Of a DNA stretch of 64,000 nt, positions 13,131-24,625 are shown piece by piece (position 1 is the stretch's first letter; each line of letters starts with the position of its first letter). The notes beneath the pieces are model-generated. The model saw nothing but the letters and a program-made list of their open reading frames with translations. It was not told the DNA's origin and made no database searches. Origin of the DNA: Felis catus (lineage: Eukaryota). The position numbers and the translations under genes were made by a program. The DNA lies in NCBI RefSeq assembly GCF_018350175.1, contig NC_058368.1, positions 217,684,001-217,748,000 of the forward strand, written 5' to 3'.

Positions 13131-13364
13131 ATCAATTACATTAAACCATATTTTGAGTGTTAGATTCTTTGTATTAACAAATAAATAGATGTAAGAATAT
13201 TTTGTGGTATGCCTCAGTGTTTATTAACTCTAACATTTCAGTGCTTACTATTTACCAGGCCCTTTGGGCATTGGCGATAAAACAGTAAACAAACAAATAA
13301 CAAAACCCAACAATATCTTACCTTACTTTAAATTACTTAATATTTTAGTAGACAGTACTCAGTA

Positions 13365-13600
13365 TTCCTTATTGAGCATTTACTATGGCTTTGCTACTTC
13401 TCTAGGCTCCTTAAATCTATTAATTGATTTAATATATCATTGAGGTATGATTATTATAACATACATCTCTGTATGAGTAAACAGACACAGCGCCATTAAA
13501 TCACATGCTTCATGTATGAGTTCTCACAGTTAATAAGTAATAAAGCTGAAACTATCCCTAAGGTAGCCTGCCTCTAGATTCTACAGACGTGACTATTATA
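13365..13600 (-). mobile_element. MIR relic (preceded by a short L2 3' end at ~13235-13330)
   Basis: ttattgagcatttactatg..gtatgagtaaacagacacag..cacagttaataagtaataaagctg..ctgcctctaga. Confidence 0.55.
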
Positions 13601-13789
13601 AAATAATCCAGGAGTATTTTATCAGAAGGCTCTGACAGTTTCTAAACTACTCACTTTAGTCCACCTTAAAATCTGCTTCCTTAAGGATGGATTAAATAAT
13701 GAACTCTAAAGATGAAAAAAGTTTCTAAAAAGTTAAATATAATAGTCTATAATGGAAAGATAAACAAGCTTCAGACATCAGCCAGAATT

Positions 13790-13960
13790 TGTGGAGCTGG
13801 AGACCATGGAGAACAGAGCCATGCTCCTGTGGAGCAGAGTTGTTCAGCTAACCCTAATACTGTCCGTGATTTACTATGTCAAAGAGAAAGATATTCCTAT
13901 CCCTTTTAAGTAGCTAAATTATTGTTGTATCTCTGTTACAGCCTAACTTTACCACAACCC
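13790..13960 (+). mobile_element. MaLR LTR 3' fragment (MLT1J/K-like)
   Basis: gagaaagatattcctatcccttttaag...tctctgttacagcctaac resembles an old MLT1 terminus. Confidence 0.45.
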
Positions 13961-14774
13961 CAAAAAAAGATGATTATTAAATAATTTAATTTAAGCTTCC
14001 TCATCATAAAAGGATATAATTAACTACCAAAGAAACCATGTATTTGGAAGAAAAAAACTGAATTTAGCTTATGTATTAGCTGTCCTCCAAATTTAGGATA
14101 GGAGCAATTTTAGATTTGTGAACACTCACCAAATGTTATCCTTAGGGGAACTGGAATCCTAATACCACTTAGATGAAACGTCCCATACTTAGTAAATTCT
14201 ATCTGAAAATCCAGCCAAGGCTTTAGTGTCCTATTCAGTGTGCTATTTCCCAGTCTGTATTTTTTATTTAAATATCAGAACAGGGACCAGCATTTCTACT
14301 GAATTTTTCTTAGAACATTTTTTTCTCTTTTAATATATGCTGCATTTACGAAAATGATACATTAGTTCTGTTCTGATTTTGATCCAGACTGAGGTCATTC
14401 AGGAAATCTGCCATGCTAGAAAAGGGCTGAGTTCAAGCTGTGTACTTGCTACCCAGAGTCAGATCTTTTGTATTTTTCAGAACCATAGGTATTTTTAACC
14501 ATAAATATCTCATGAACTACGTGTATGTTTTCAAAATTACATAAAATGGGACTGAAGACTCTGAAAGGCAAACATTATTGGTATTGGCTTGCCATTGCTT
14601 CTGAATTTTGAGGTCAGAAATAGAAGTAGGGGCAAAAACAGCAGATGTAGGGCACATGTATTCTAAGCTTCTGATAGCATAGAGTCAAGGCTGTATTGTG
14701 GTTTTCATGAGCCACAGGAAGTTTTGCCTCTGTGGGTCCCTACTTCTATAAAAAAAATTTAAATGATATTTTGC

Positions 14775-15660
14775 ATCTTGAAATAAAGACATATTTCATA
14801 ACCATAAAATTCACCCATTTAGACTGTATTACTCAATGTTTTTTAGTATTTTCACCAAACTGTGTATCCATTACTACATTTTGCATCTAGTACCACATGT
14901 CCAAGAAATTTTAGGACATTTTTATTATCTCCCTCAAAACCCCACTCCCCTTAGCCATTACCCTTCTATTTCCTGTCTATCATGTGTTGTTTAACCACTA
15001 AAATGGTATTCCTTTATTATTCCACTGCCTCTAATGTAGTAAAGGTGGAAATACATGCATGAGGGTAAATTACTAGGGACAATGATACAAGAAATAGATG
15101 AACCAGAGCCAGTATACTAGCTCAGACCTTTATGTGATAAAAAAAAGAAAACTCTATCTTGCACAAAGTTACACAGGTAATGTTTTCCTCCCAACACTAG
15201 GCAAACACTACCATACTTTCTGTCTCTATAAATCTGCCTACTCTGTACCTTCCATATAAATGGAATCATACAATATGTGGCCTCTTAACACTTGTTGATA
15301 TCACTTAGCACAATGTTTTCAAAGTTTATCCATGTTATAGCATGTTATCAGCACTCATTTCTTTTTATTGCCAAATATTATTTCATTGTTTGGATATATC
15401 AAAATATGTTCATCCATTTGCCAATTAATTCATTTCCACTTGTTGACTATTATGAATAATACTGCTATGTACATTTGCATACAAGTTTTTGTGTGTGAAT
15501 ATGCTTTATTTCTTGAGCATGCAAAGATTTTTGTTAGTTTTTGGTTTTTCTTTTTATTTTATTAAAGACTATTTTTAGAGCAGTTTTAGGGTCACAGCAA
15601 AATTGGAAACAACTACATGGATTGGATTTTCTCCCAACCTTTCCTTCGTGTACACACGCC
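14775..15660 (-). mobile_element. Old L1M (L1MB/MC-like) 3' region, fragmented and interrupted
   Basis: ccataaaattcacccattt..actttctgtctctataaatctgcctactctg..catataaatggaatcatacaatatgtggcct..ttttagagcagttttagggtcacagcaaaattg. Confidence 0.8.
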
Positions 15661-16884
15661 CAGATACACAGTGACTAGCCAAAAACAAGTTCATGGCTTA
15701 TATTTATTTTATCTTTATCACTAGTGACAACTATCCTCAATACAGCTGTAACAGAGAAGATTAGATGGAACACGAGGTGGAAACAAGAGATTTTTGTTTT
15801 GTTTTCATGAGTGTAATATCAGTAAAATAGTGTCAGTAGGACCATACCACTGTGAATTAAATAAGAAAAGAAGATGAAGAAGGAAAAACAACACAGGTTG
15901 AAGATTCAATCAAGAAACTTGGGAAATAATTTTAGTAAAGGTCTTTTGTTGTATTTATTGAGTTGACTTTTTTTTAAGTTGTTTCTTAGTATCTATTAGT
16001 ATATTAAAGGCAGGTGACCTACTGGACATAATAAAAATGCAATTGCTTCTTTATAATTAATTTAGTAGAATATGGACCAGACTGCTAATTTTAATCTAAT
16101 ATTACTGCTTTCCTTCAGAGTAGTAACATCTTTGGCCTAGCCAATGGTCATACATAATAAACACCTAATCCTAAAGCCTCTTGCTGCTAGTGTGGCCATA
16201 TCATTGACATCAACTTTTAGAATATGAGCAAGATTCATGTGCTTCACCACTAAAATGGTACTCTTTGCCTATTCCATCACCTCTAATGAAATACATAAAG
16301 ATGGAAACACATGTATAAGGGTAAATTACTAGAAAAAATGCTGTAATAAATAGATGAAGCACAGCCAATATACTACTCAGACTTATATAATAAAGAGTTA
16401 AATTTCTATCTTGCACATGGATGCATAGGTAAGAAGTTTTCCAAAGGTTAGCGTTAAAAACATAATCTATATTTAGTTATAGGTTTTGGAATGTTCAGTT
16501 CCTCAAAATTATCAAACTCTCAACTTTTTTTGATATCAAATACCCTCAACCACCCAAGCCAGACTCTTGTGGATTAATCACTTGCTATGAAGCTTAGTCC
16601 ATCCTATCTCTTTGGGCATTTCCTCCCTCAACCTGGTAGCTAATATTTTTGACCTTTCTAGCTTTGAATCACAGAAGAAATAAGGAAAGGAGAGATAAGA
16701 CAGTTGTTATAAAATAGCTAATATCTTTCTCTGCTCTGCGTGGTCTACATCTCCTATAAACACACTAGTACACTTGAAACTTTGGTAGCAAGTGTTTTCT
16801 TTTTGATTTGATAGGATGTTTCTCCATTATATCTCTCTCAAAGCATCTGATCAGTGTAACTCTTGTTATCTCCAAATGTCTTAG

Positions 16885-17453
16885 GCAAAAATTACCTTCT
16901 AGAAGTTAATATGGAAAAAAAAAACAACCTTCATATCCTAATGGCTTAATTCAGTATAAACAAAGTTTATTTTATATTCATTCAATCATTTGAAGGAGTT
17001 GTACTGAAGTTGATTTTCTGAACAGCCAGCCATTCAAGAACTCAACTGGGCCCTTCCATTTTGCAATTCCACTATTCTTTGCATTTGCATTTGCATCTGC
17101 TGTCTTCGCTAGATAGCAGAAAGAGACAGAGAGAGCGAGAGAGACAGAAGGAGAGGAAGAGATTCAGGTGCCTGAGTGGCTCAGTCAGTTAAGTGTCCGA
17201 CTTTGGCTCGGGTCATGATCTCATGGTTCCTGAGTTCGAGTCTTGCATCGGGCTCTATACTGACAGTTTGGAGCCTGCAGCCTGCTTCGGATTCTATGTA
17301 TCCCTCTCTCTCTGCCCCTCCCCTGCTCGCTCTCTCTTTCTCAAAAATAAATAAATATAAGAAAGAAAGAAAAAGAAGAAAGAAAGAAAAAGAAAGAAAG
17401 AAAGAAAAAGGAAGGAAGGAAGGAAGGAAGGAAGGAAGGAAGGAAGGAAGGAA

Positions 17454-17499
<46 letters not shown>

Positions 17500-17685
17500 A
17501 AAAGAAAAGGAGAGAAATTAGGGCCTTTTATGAAAGGCTTGGAAGTATTATATCTAATTCTCTTCCACACTGCAGTGGCCAGAATGGAAAACACACAGCC
17601 ACATGTATGAGAAGATGGGAACTATGACTTAGATATAGTTTCAGGAAGAAAGAGACATGATTTGGGTGAACTGGTAGTCAGAATA
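16885..17685 (-). mobile_element. Old MaLR LTR (MLT1J/K-like), interrupted by a SINE
   Basis: atggcttaa..aaagtttattt..cattcaagaactca..ttccattttg and cttccacactgcagtggccagaa..aggaagaaagagacatgatttgggtgaac. Confidence 0.5.
17167..17505 (+). mobile_element. CAN-SINE whose A tail expanded into a (GAAA)n(GGAA)n(GAAA)n microsatellite
   Basis: ggtgcctgagtggctcagtcagttaag head, GAGTTCGAG B box, CT tract; purine repeat at ~17358-17505. Confidence 0.95.
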
Positions 17686-18621
17686 ATAGCATACTCCTCC
17701 CCCAGACCACTGTGGCTCCCTAACTTTAGTGATACCTATTACTCCCTTCCACTGGTCCCACTGAAGTTTTTCTCTCTAGACCTGCACTGGAAAAGAGCAT
17801 TTTCCATCCTTCTTCATTTGTGAGGAAGATTTTGAAAAGATCTTGAATAGAGTACTCCAAATATATCTCCAGAAAAGTCCTTGCTATAATATCTGTGTGT
17901 GTGTGTGTGTGTTTTTTTTTGCTTTTGTTTGTTTTGGTGATTTTATTACTTCAGGTTTGATTTGGAATCTCTGAGGGATTCTAGACTCATGCCAAAGAAT
18001 TTGCAAGAATTTTGACAATCTGTACTTGAGACTGATATCATACAATCGTGCCTCTGGTAGAACTCCAGTTCTAAAATCCTAGGGGAGAGTAAATTCTTAG
18101 AAGAGAAGAATAAAAGTGAGCAAAATTGGAGAGGCTGAAAACATAGAAAAGAAATGAGTTGGTGGATAATTCTGAGAAGATGGAAGTCAATGAGCTCAGA
18201 GCATGGTTGGTGTTTCTTTAGGTGGGAAAAGAATGAAAAAAATTGATGCATATATAAATAATTCTGCTGGATTTCTGATAGGAACTTGGGTAAGTTTCTA
18301 TTTATTGGCATCTGCTTTCTACTGAATATTAGAAAGGGAGTGTTAGAAATGGGAAATTCAGAGAAAATGGAGAGGCTTTGAAATAGCTGACTGTAGACTA
18401 TATCAAAGTATACTCATGGCATATCCAACTTGCAAGGTGCACTCTAAATAAAAAATTCTGTGGTTAAATATAGAAAGCATTATTTGCATAGTCAATGAAG
18501 ATTCTCACACTATGTTGGCATATGATAGGGTCCAGATTTTGGTTCTGAGAATGAACATGTCACCTAATGTTTAACCAACGGATTCATCAAAAATATTTAA
18601 AACTATAACTTTCTTTGACCA

Positions 18622-18947
18622 CAGTTGATCCTTGAATAACATGAATTTGAAAAGAACTTATTCATTTATAGGTGGATTTTTTACAGTTCAGTGCGGTAAA
18701 TGCATTGCCTCTTCCTTATGACTTTCTTAATAACATTTTCTTTTCTTTGGTTTACTTTATTGTAAGAATACAGTATATAAAATATATAACAAAATGTGGG
18801 TTAATTGATTGTTTATGTTATTGGTAAGGTTTCCAGTCAATAGTAGACTACTAGTAGTTAAGTTTTGGAGGAGTAATAATCTATACAGAAATTTTTAACT
18901 ATGTGGGAGGTCAGCACTCCTAACCCGTGTTGTTCAGTGGTCAACTA
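18622..18947 (+). mobile_element. Tigger2-derived non-autonomous DNA transposon (Tigger2a-like MITE, TcMar)
   Basis: Terminal inverted repeats CAGTTGATCCTTGAATAACA ... TGTTGTTCAGTGGTCAACTA, about 326 bp; internal sequence resembles recalled Tigger2a. Confidence 0.85.
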
Positions 18948-18971
18948 TGTATCTATTTAAATACCATTGAA

Positions 18972-19023
18972 TTTAATATAAACCACATGGGAAAGCATTT
19001 CATATAAACCACATGGGAAAGCA
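18972..19023. repeat. 26-bp tandem duplication (25/26 identical)
   Basis: tttaatataaaccacatgggaaagca / tttcatataaaccacatgggaaagca. Confidence 0.95.
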
Positions 19024-20189
19024 GCCTTAACATATTTTCTCAAGAACTAGCAATTATGACATTCTCAAACATTAAAAAAATTAGATTGTATGTGTCCAAT
19101 TTGTTCTCTCTCTAGACACATAAACATCAAACACAAAAATTATCTCAAGCTGTAAAACTATCAAGCTGAATGGAAAAGTGGATGATTGTGGACTGACTCA
19201 CTTTCAGTATGTGAGAACATACTGGCAAGAAGAAAAAAATACATAGAGGTTATGTTAAGTGCAAGCCTGTTTTCCAACATCTAGGAGATATATGTTTGCT
19301 TCTGAACATTTTTTTCCTAGATCTGACTGGAACAAATTCACAATTTTCCCATGTGTTTAGTTTATCAGAGGCCCTTGGTGAAATGATTGGCCCATTACAT
19401 TTCAAAGTGAAAAAGAAAAAGGAGACCAAAGGTAGAACCCCTTGGGGCTTACATGATTTTATGACTATTCATTGAAGTAAAGGTTCTTAACGTATTCATT
19501 CAAGAAGACAAAAAATACTTTACAACCAGCTGAAAGAAAATGTTTCCTCAAAGGATTTAAAAGTAACTGCATAGGTCTACTTAATGGAATCATTTATAGT
19601 CACATGTACATTCAATCTTTTTGCATAAGCCCACAGATTAATTTGCATAATAATCACTTAAGGCAATTATCCCCATAAAAGGGATTGTGGGGATCTGTAA
19701 TATTTCTCTGGGTAATTTAATCTGAAATTCTCATTTTCTTCTAAATTCTGAGAACTATGTGCTATCTCAAATGATACTGTATAATTTATTAATTCAAGTT
19801 TACAATAAAATTCCACATTTGTCTTTCTAGATGCCAACCTGACAATTATTTAGAAATAATAGCTTACATTTTACAGAATAAATAGGAGAATTGTATATCA
19901 ATCTAACTAATCAACAATTCCAAGGTTGAAAAAAATGCTTCAAAAACCAAACAAAGCTGTTATTCATCATGGTTTGGGCAGCAGAAAAATAGGACTATTT
20001 AAGGTAATTTTCTCAGTTTAACTCAATTCCATAGATATAACATGTGTCCCCACTTTAAGCCAACCAAAATGTGTTGTATGATCTACCCAATATAAAATGC
20101 GGGGCAAAGAAATTAATTTATGATAGAATTTATAATTAAATTTATAGTCGTTACATTAAATATTATATATTTTGTATAAATAAAAAATA

Positions 20190-20347
20190 AGGGTGTGGTC
20201 AGAAAGTACAAACTTCAGTTATAAAATAAGCTATGAGGATGTAACATAGCATAGTGCCTACAGTTAATACTGTATTGCATATCTGGAAGTTGCCAATAGA
20301 TCTTAAAAGCCCACATCACAAGACCAACAAACAAACAAAACAATAAA
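20190..20347 (+). mobile_element. L1 3'UTR fragment (L1MA9/L1_Carn-like)
   Basis: aaagtacaaacttcagttataaaataag..gaggatgtaa..catagtgcctacagttaatactgtattgcatatctggaagttgc..atcttaaaag plus an A-rich tail. Confidence 0.8.
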
Positions 20348-23049
20348 GACACAGTTATCACGGCAGTATGTTAAAAGTGTAGACATTTAATTTTGTGTCA
20401 AGCTAGATAGCTGGTAAGACTTATTTAGGCATGAATTTTATAAATTTCTTTCTAATTATTTGATCCATGTTCATTCTAATTGTCTTCTGTTTCTCTACTC
20501 TCTTTTGCCATTTTTCTGATCATCCGAAAAGGCTCTCTGCAATGCCTCTCTCTGAAATGATCCAATGTGTAAAAAGGATTAATTCCATTAAACTTCCATT
20601 GTACTCAGCACGAAAATTTATAAGCTTTCCGTATCCTTTGCTCCCCTTTTCTTTAATGCTTTCATTTTCCTCTTTGAAGATTCTGCTTGTGTCACTTATT
20701 GTGTCTCTTTTCTCTTCCTGCACCTCAATTTCGCTTCTTATAATATATCAATGCAAACTAGATATTCCATTATGTACTGTGATTCCTTTAAAACTTCACA
20801 TTTGAAGGATAGTTATTTTACCTCTTTTGCACACTAAGAACATTATATATTTTTTTCTTAAGGATTCCTTAATCATATTTGAATTTAAAAAATGATTCTT
20901 GGCAAAATACCAGAAGGATGATCATACCCTCAGGAAACAAAATTACCCTCCTGTCAATGAAACTTCTGGTTATCTCACTCTGAAGTGTCCCAATTATAGC
21001 TTCTGAGCAAGATCAAAGAAACCATTAGAGTCAAGGAAAGTAGGAAATGGAATCAGAACACTTTCACTTTTAACATTTTATAGCCCATCACGTGTAGATT
21101 TAAATGGTACAACATAATCTCAGATCTGCATTGGCAGATGTCTCTACTGATCAGCATTCAGTAGTGTTCTTTCCAGTTTTTAGATAAATGTACTCATAAG
21201 CATTAGATAAAAGGCATTTGTACTGAATGTATGGTAATAAAATTAAAGATACAGGCTTATCCCTAGATAAATGTAGCTGAAGCCCTTTGTGATCGTGTCA
21301 CTTTGAGAAACAAGACAATAGAGGCAATTTTAAAACTTCTGGAAGGCCTGGATCAAAAAACTTAATACATTCATTTTTGTAAGTGGCATCTTTGGTGGGC
21401 TGGTGCTGTTTTAAGCATGTGTTTAGTTTACCTGATAGTTAAGTCTGTAAATCCTAGAATAAAGGCCATGTGAAATGCCTCTGCTAAGCATACTTTAACA
21501 CTATGCTCTCCAATCATAGCACTCATTCTTCTCTATAGAAAATGCATGATGATTGTTCTCCCTGGTCAATGAGATTTAGTTTTCTTCATTCATTTTATAT
21601 ACCAATTACTTAATGTGATGCCAAACACATGAAAGATTCTCAAAACTATTTGTTTATATCAGGAAACCCTAAATGAAATAGGGTCCTAAGTTTTTATAGA
21701 TAAACCTAGAAAAATAATAATTAATTATTTATCTGGTAAAACAATAATTAGCCAGGGGGAGGAGCCAAGATGGCAGAACAGCATGGAAGTTTTTTGTGTG
21801 TCTCGCATCCATGAAATGGAGCCAGACCAACTCTAAACCATCCTACACATCTAGAAAACTGATCGGAGAATTAACACAACAATCTGCACAACCTGAACCA
21901 CAGAATTCAGCAGGTATGCAGCACAGAGAGGTAAACTTGGGGAGAGAGAAGCCGTGGAGGGCAGGGAGGTGCTTTTGCATAGAGACAGAGGACGGAAACA
22001 GTGGGGAGATTATGAGAAAAGCACCCCTCACCAAAAGCAGCTGGAGAGAAAGTGGAAAATTGGAAACAGCTGCAGGGACTAAACTAAAAAGGGAGAAAGG
22101 AGAAAGGAGAAAGGAGAGGGTCTAAATCCGTGAAGACTGTAAACAAGGGGAGCGCAAAGGCTGCAACTCCGCAGCTCCATACCTGGCGGTGCTCTGGTGG
22201 GAAAGGTGAATCCCCAGGAACGGAGTGGGGTCCGGGAGGTTCTCGGGCCACACAGGGAAAAGCGGTTCCACTGCTGGAAGGACATTTGGTAGAGACTGTT
22301 GAAGCCACCTAGTCCCAGCAGACCCGGGAAGGCAGCCACATTCACTGGTGCTGGGGGAAGGTTGCTGAGGGTGAAGCCTGGTGCCAGATGTGTGTTGTGA
22401 TTTTCCATGGTCCCTGAAACTCTGAGGCTACACTGTCCCGTGATCTTTTTCGGGGACAGGCTGGCACCTGGCCATAGTCTCTGGGCACCGGTAACAGCAG
22501 GGTCTAGCAGGTGTACCTGGGCGCAGCCGACATTCAGCCATTGCTCAGTGAGACCCTCCCGCAGAGAGGCGGAGCGGGTAAAGCCACAGTCCTTCCGAAG
22601 TGAGGGGCCGGGGAAAACAGCCGCATCTGAGACAAAACGTGGGAGGGAGGTACTGCCTGGGGCCTGGTCACAGAGAGTGGACAAGAGCTGAAGTCGGAGG
22701 ACCGGTGTGTGATTGCCAATCTAGGACAACAGACTGGGTGGCTGGGAGGCTCCATTTTTAACTGCTCCCAGGCATGCGCACCAAGAAGCACTGCAACAAT
22801 CCACCCCAGTAGGCTAGCAGCGCCATCTAGTGGAGAACGAAGCTGTTACACCAAGCCCTGCCCACCCGGGCCAACTTCGTTCTTCAACAACACAAACCTC
22901 ACCGCCGGCTTAATTTATGGACTATAAAGAGCTACATGGACTGACCTCTAGGGGAAAACGAAGCAATTTCAGTCCTACTTCAATCTGTTAGCAGGTTCAT
23001 CTATTCAATGTTTTTTCCCCTCTCTCTTTTTCCTTTTTCTTTTACAATT

Positions 23050-23685
23050 CTTTTCTTTTTCTTGAATACAGAAAGAGAAAAAACTCATTTGTATTTTCAA
23101 TTTTTATTAAAAATATCTGTCTTTAATTTTTATTACCACATTTTTTGCTTTTGTGTAAATTTTTGCAAATTCTACTTTACTTCCATCATTTTATTTTGGT
23201 CTACTTCAGTGTACTCACCTTTTCAAATTTTCAAACAATTTCTTTTTTCTTTCTTTTTTCTTTTTCATTTCTTTTCTTTTTCTAAATGCAGAAAGAGAAA
23301 AACTTCATTATTTCTTTCAATTTCTTTTTAAAAATCTTCATTTAATTTTTATTACTATATTTTTTGCTTTTATGTAAATTTTTCAAATTCTATCTTACTC
23401 CCATCATTTTATTTCAGTCTACTACAGTGTATTCACTTTTTCAAATTTTTAAATGATTTCTTTTTTTGTCTTTTCTTTTTTCTTTTTTTATCTTTTTTCT
23501 TGTTTTTGTTTCTTTTCTTTTTTCTTAAATACAGAAAACAAAAAAATTCGTATTTCTTTTTAATTTTTATTAAAAATATTTTTCTAAAATTCTTTTCTAC
23601 TATATTCTCTACTTTTGTGTGTTATATTCTACTTTAGTGTATGTATTCATTTTTTCAAATTCTAGAACGATTTCCTTTTTTTGTC
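23050..23685 (+). repeat. Three diverged ~220-240 bp T-rich tandem units in the L1 5'UTR
   Basis: Anchors cttgaatacagaaagagaaaaaactca (~23061), ctaaatgcagaaagagaaaaacttca (~23282), cttaaatacagaaaacaaaaaaattcg (~23523); each unit also has a cagtgta/tagtgta..tttcaaatt block. Confidence 0.85.
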
Positions 23686-23896
23686 TTCTCTCCCCCACTC
23701 CTTTTTGTTTTGTTTTGTTTTTGTTTCTCTAATCTGTCAAACCACTTTCTATACCCAGACCAAAACACACCTAGGATCTAGCATCCTCTATTCAATTTTT
23801 GTGTGTGTGTGTTTATTTTTAATTTTAATATTTTTTTAATTTTATTTTTTTTAATTTTAATTTTTCTACCTTATTAATTCCTTTTCTCCCTTCAAA

Positions 23897-24550
23897 ATGA
23901 CAAAACGAAGGAATTCATCCCAAAAGAACGAGCAGGAAGAAACAACAGCCAAGGATTTAACCAACACAGACACAAGCAAGATGTCTGAACCAGAATTTAG
24001 AATCACAATAATAAGACTACTAGCTGGAGTCAAAAATAGATTAGAATTCCTTTCTGCAGAGATAAAAGAAGTAAAAAATAGCCAAAATGAAATTAAAAAT
24101 GTTATAACTGAGCTGCAATCACGGATGGATGCAGCAGCGACAAGGATGGATGAGGCAGAAGAGAGAATCAGCGATATAGAGGACAAACTTATAGAGAATA
24201 ACGAAGCAGAAAAAAAAGAGGGAGATTAAGGCAAAAGAGCATGATTTAAAAAATCAGTGACTCATTAAAAAGGAACAACATCAGAATCATAAGGGTCCCT
24301 GAGGAGGAAGAGAGAGAAATAAGGGTAGAAGGGTTATGTGAGCAAATCATAGCGGAAAACTTTCCTAACCTGGGGAAAGACACAGACATCAAAATCCAGG
24401 AAGCACAGAGGACTCCCATTAGATTCAACAGAAAACCGACCATCAACAAGGCATAGCATAGTCAAATTCACAAAATACTCAGGCAAGGAGAGAATCATGA
24501 AAGCAGCAAGGGAAAAAAAAGTCCCTAACCTACAAAGGAAGACAAGATGA
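23897..24550 (+). pseudogene. L1 ORF1p remnant (frameshifted, C-terminal domain deleted)
   Basis: MTKRRNSSQKNEQEE...coiled-coil RMDEAEERISDIEDK, then the RNNIRII / ENFPNL motifs in another frame. Confidence 0.93.
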
Positions 24551-24625
24551 GGGCAGAAAAGGGGCAGAAAAGATGAAAAAAAAAAAAAAAAAAACACCAG
24601 AAACTCCAACTCTACAAGCATCATA

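Noticed and set aside
14687..14775. Possible hAT-Tip100 (MER115-like) terminal fragment
   Set aside because: The resemblance is from memory over under 90 bp and the other end was not identified; too weak to list as a feature.
17176..17610. 144-aa and 137-aa ORFs with KE/RK or FLPS repeats (likewise 1010..1321 and 53585..53989)
   Set aside because: Translations of a SINE and microsatellites.
19619..19660. Octamer ATTTGCAT with TAAT motifs (also at ~8719, ~18482, ~31215, ~63646)
   Set aside because: A handful of octamers is about what chance predicts in 64 kb of AT-rich sequence.
22079..22684. 201-aa antisense ORF in the first L1 5'UTR (ORF0-like?)
   Set aside because: It lies in a GC-rich UTR where stops are scarce, begins at a non-ATG codon and has no recognisable domain. 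It would need conservation across L1 copies to be credible.
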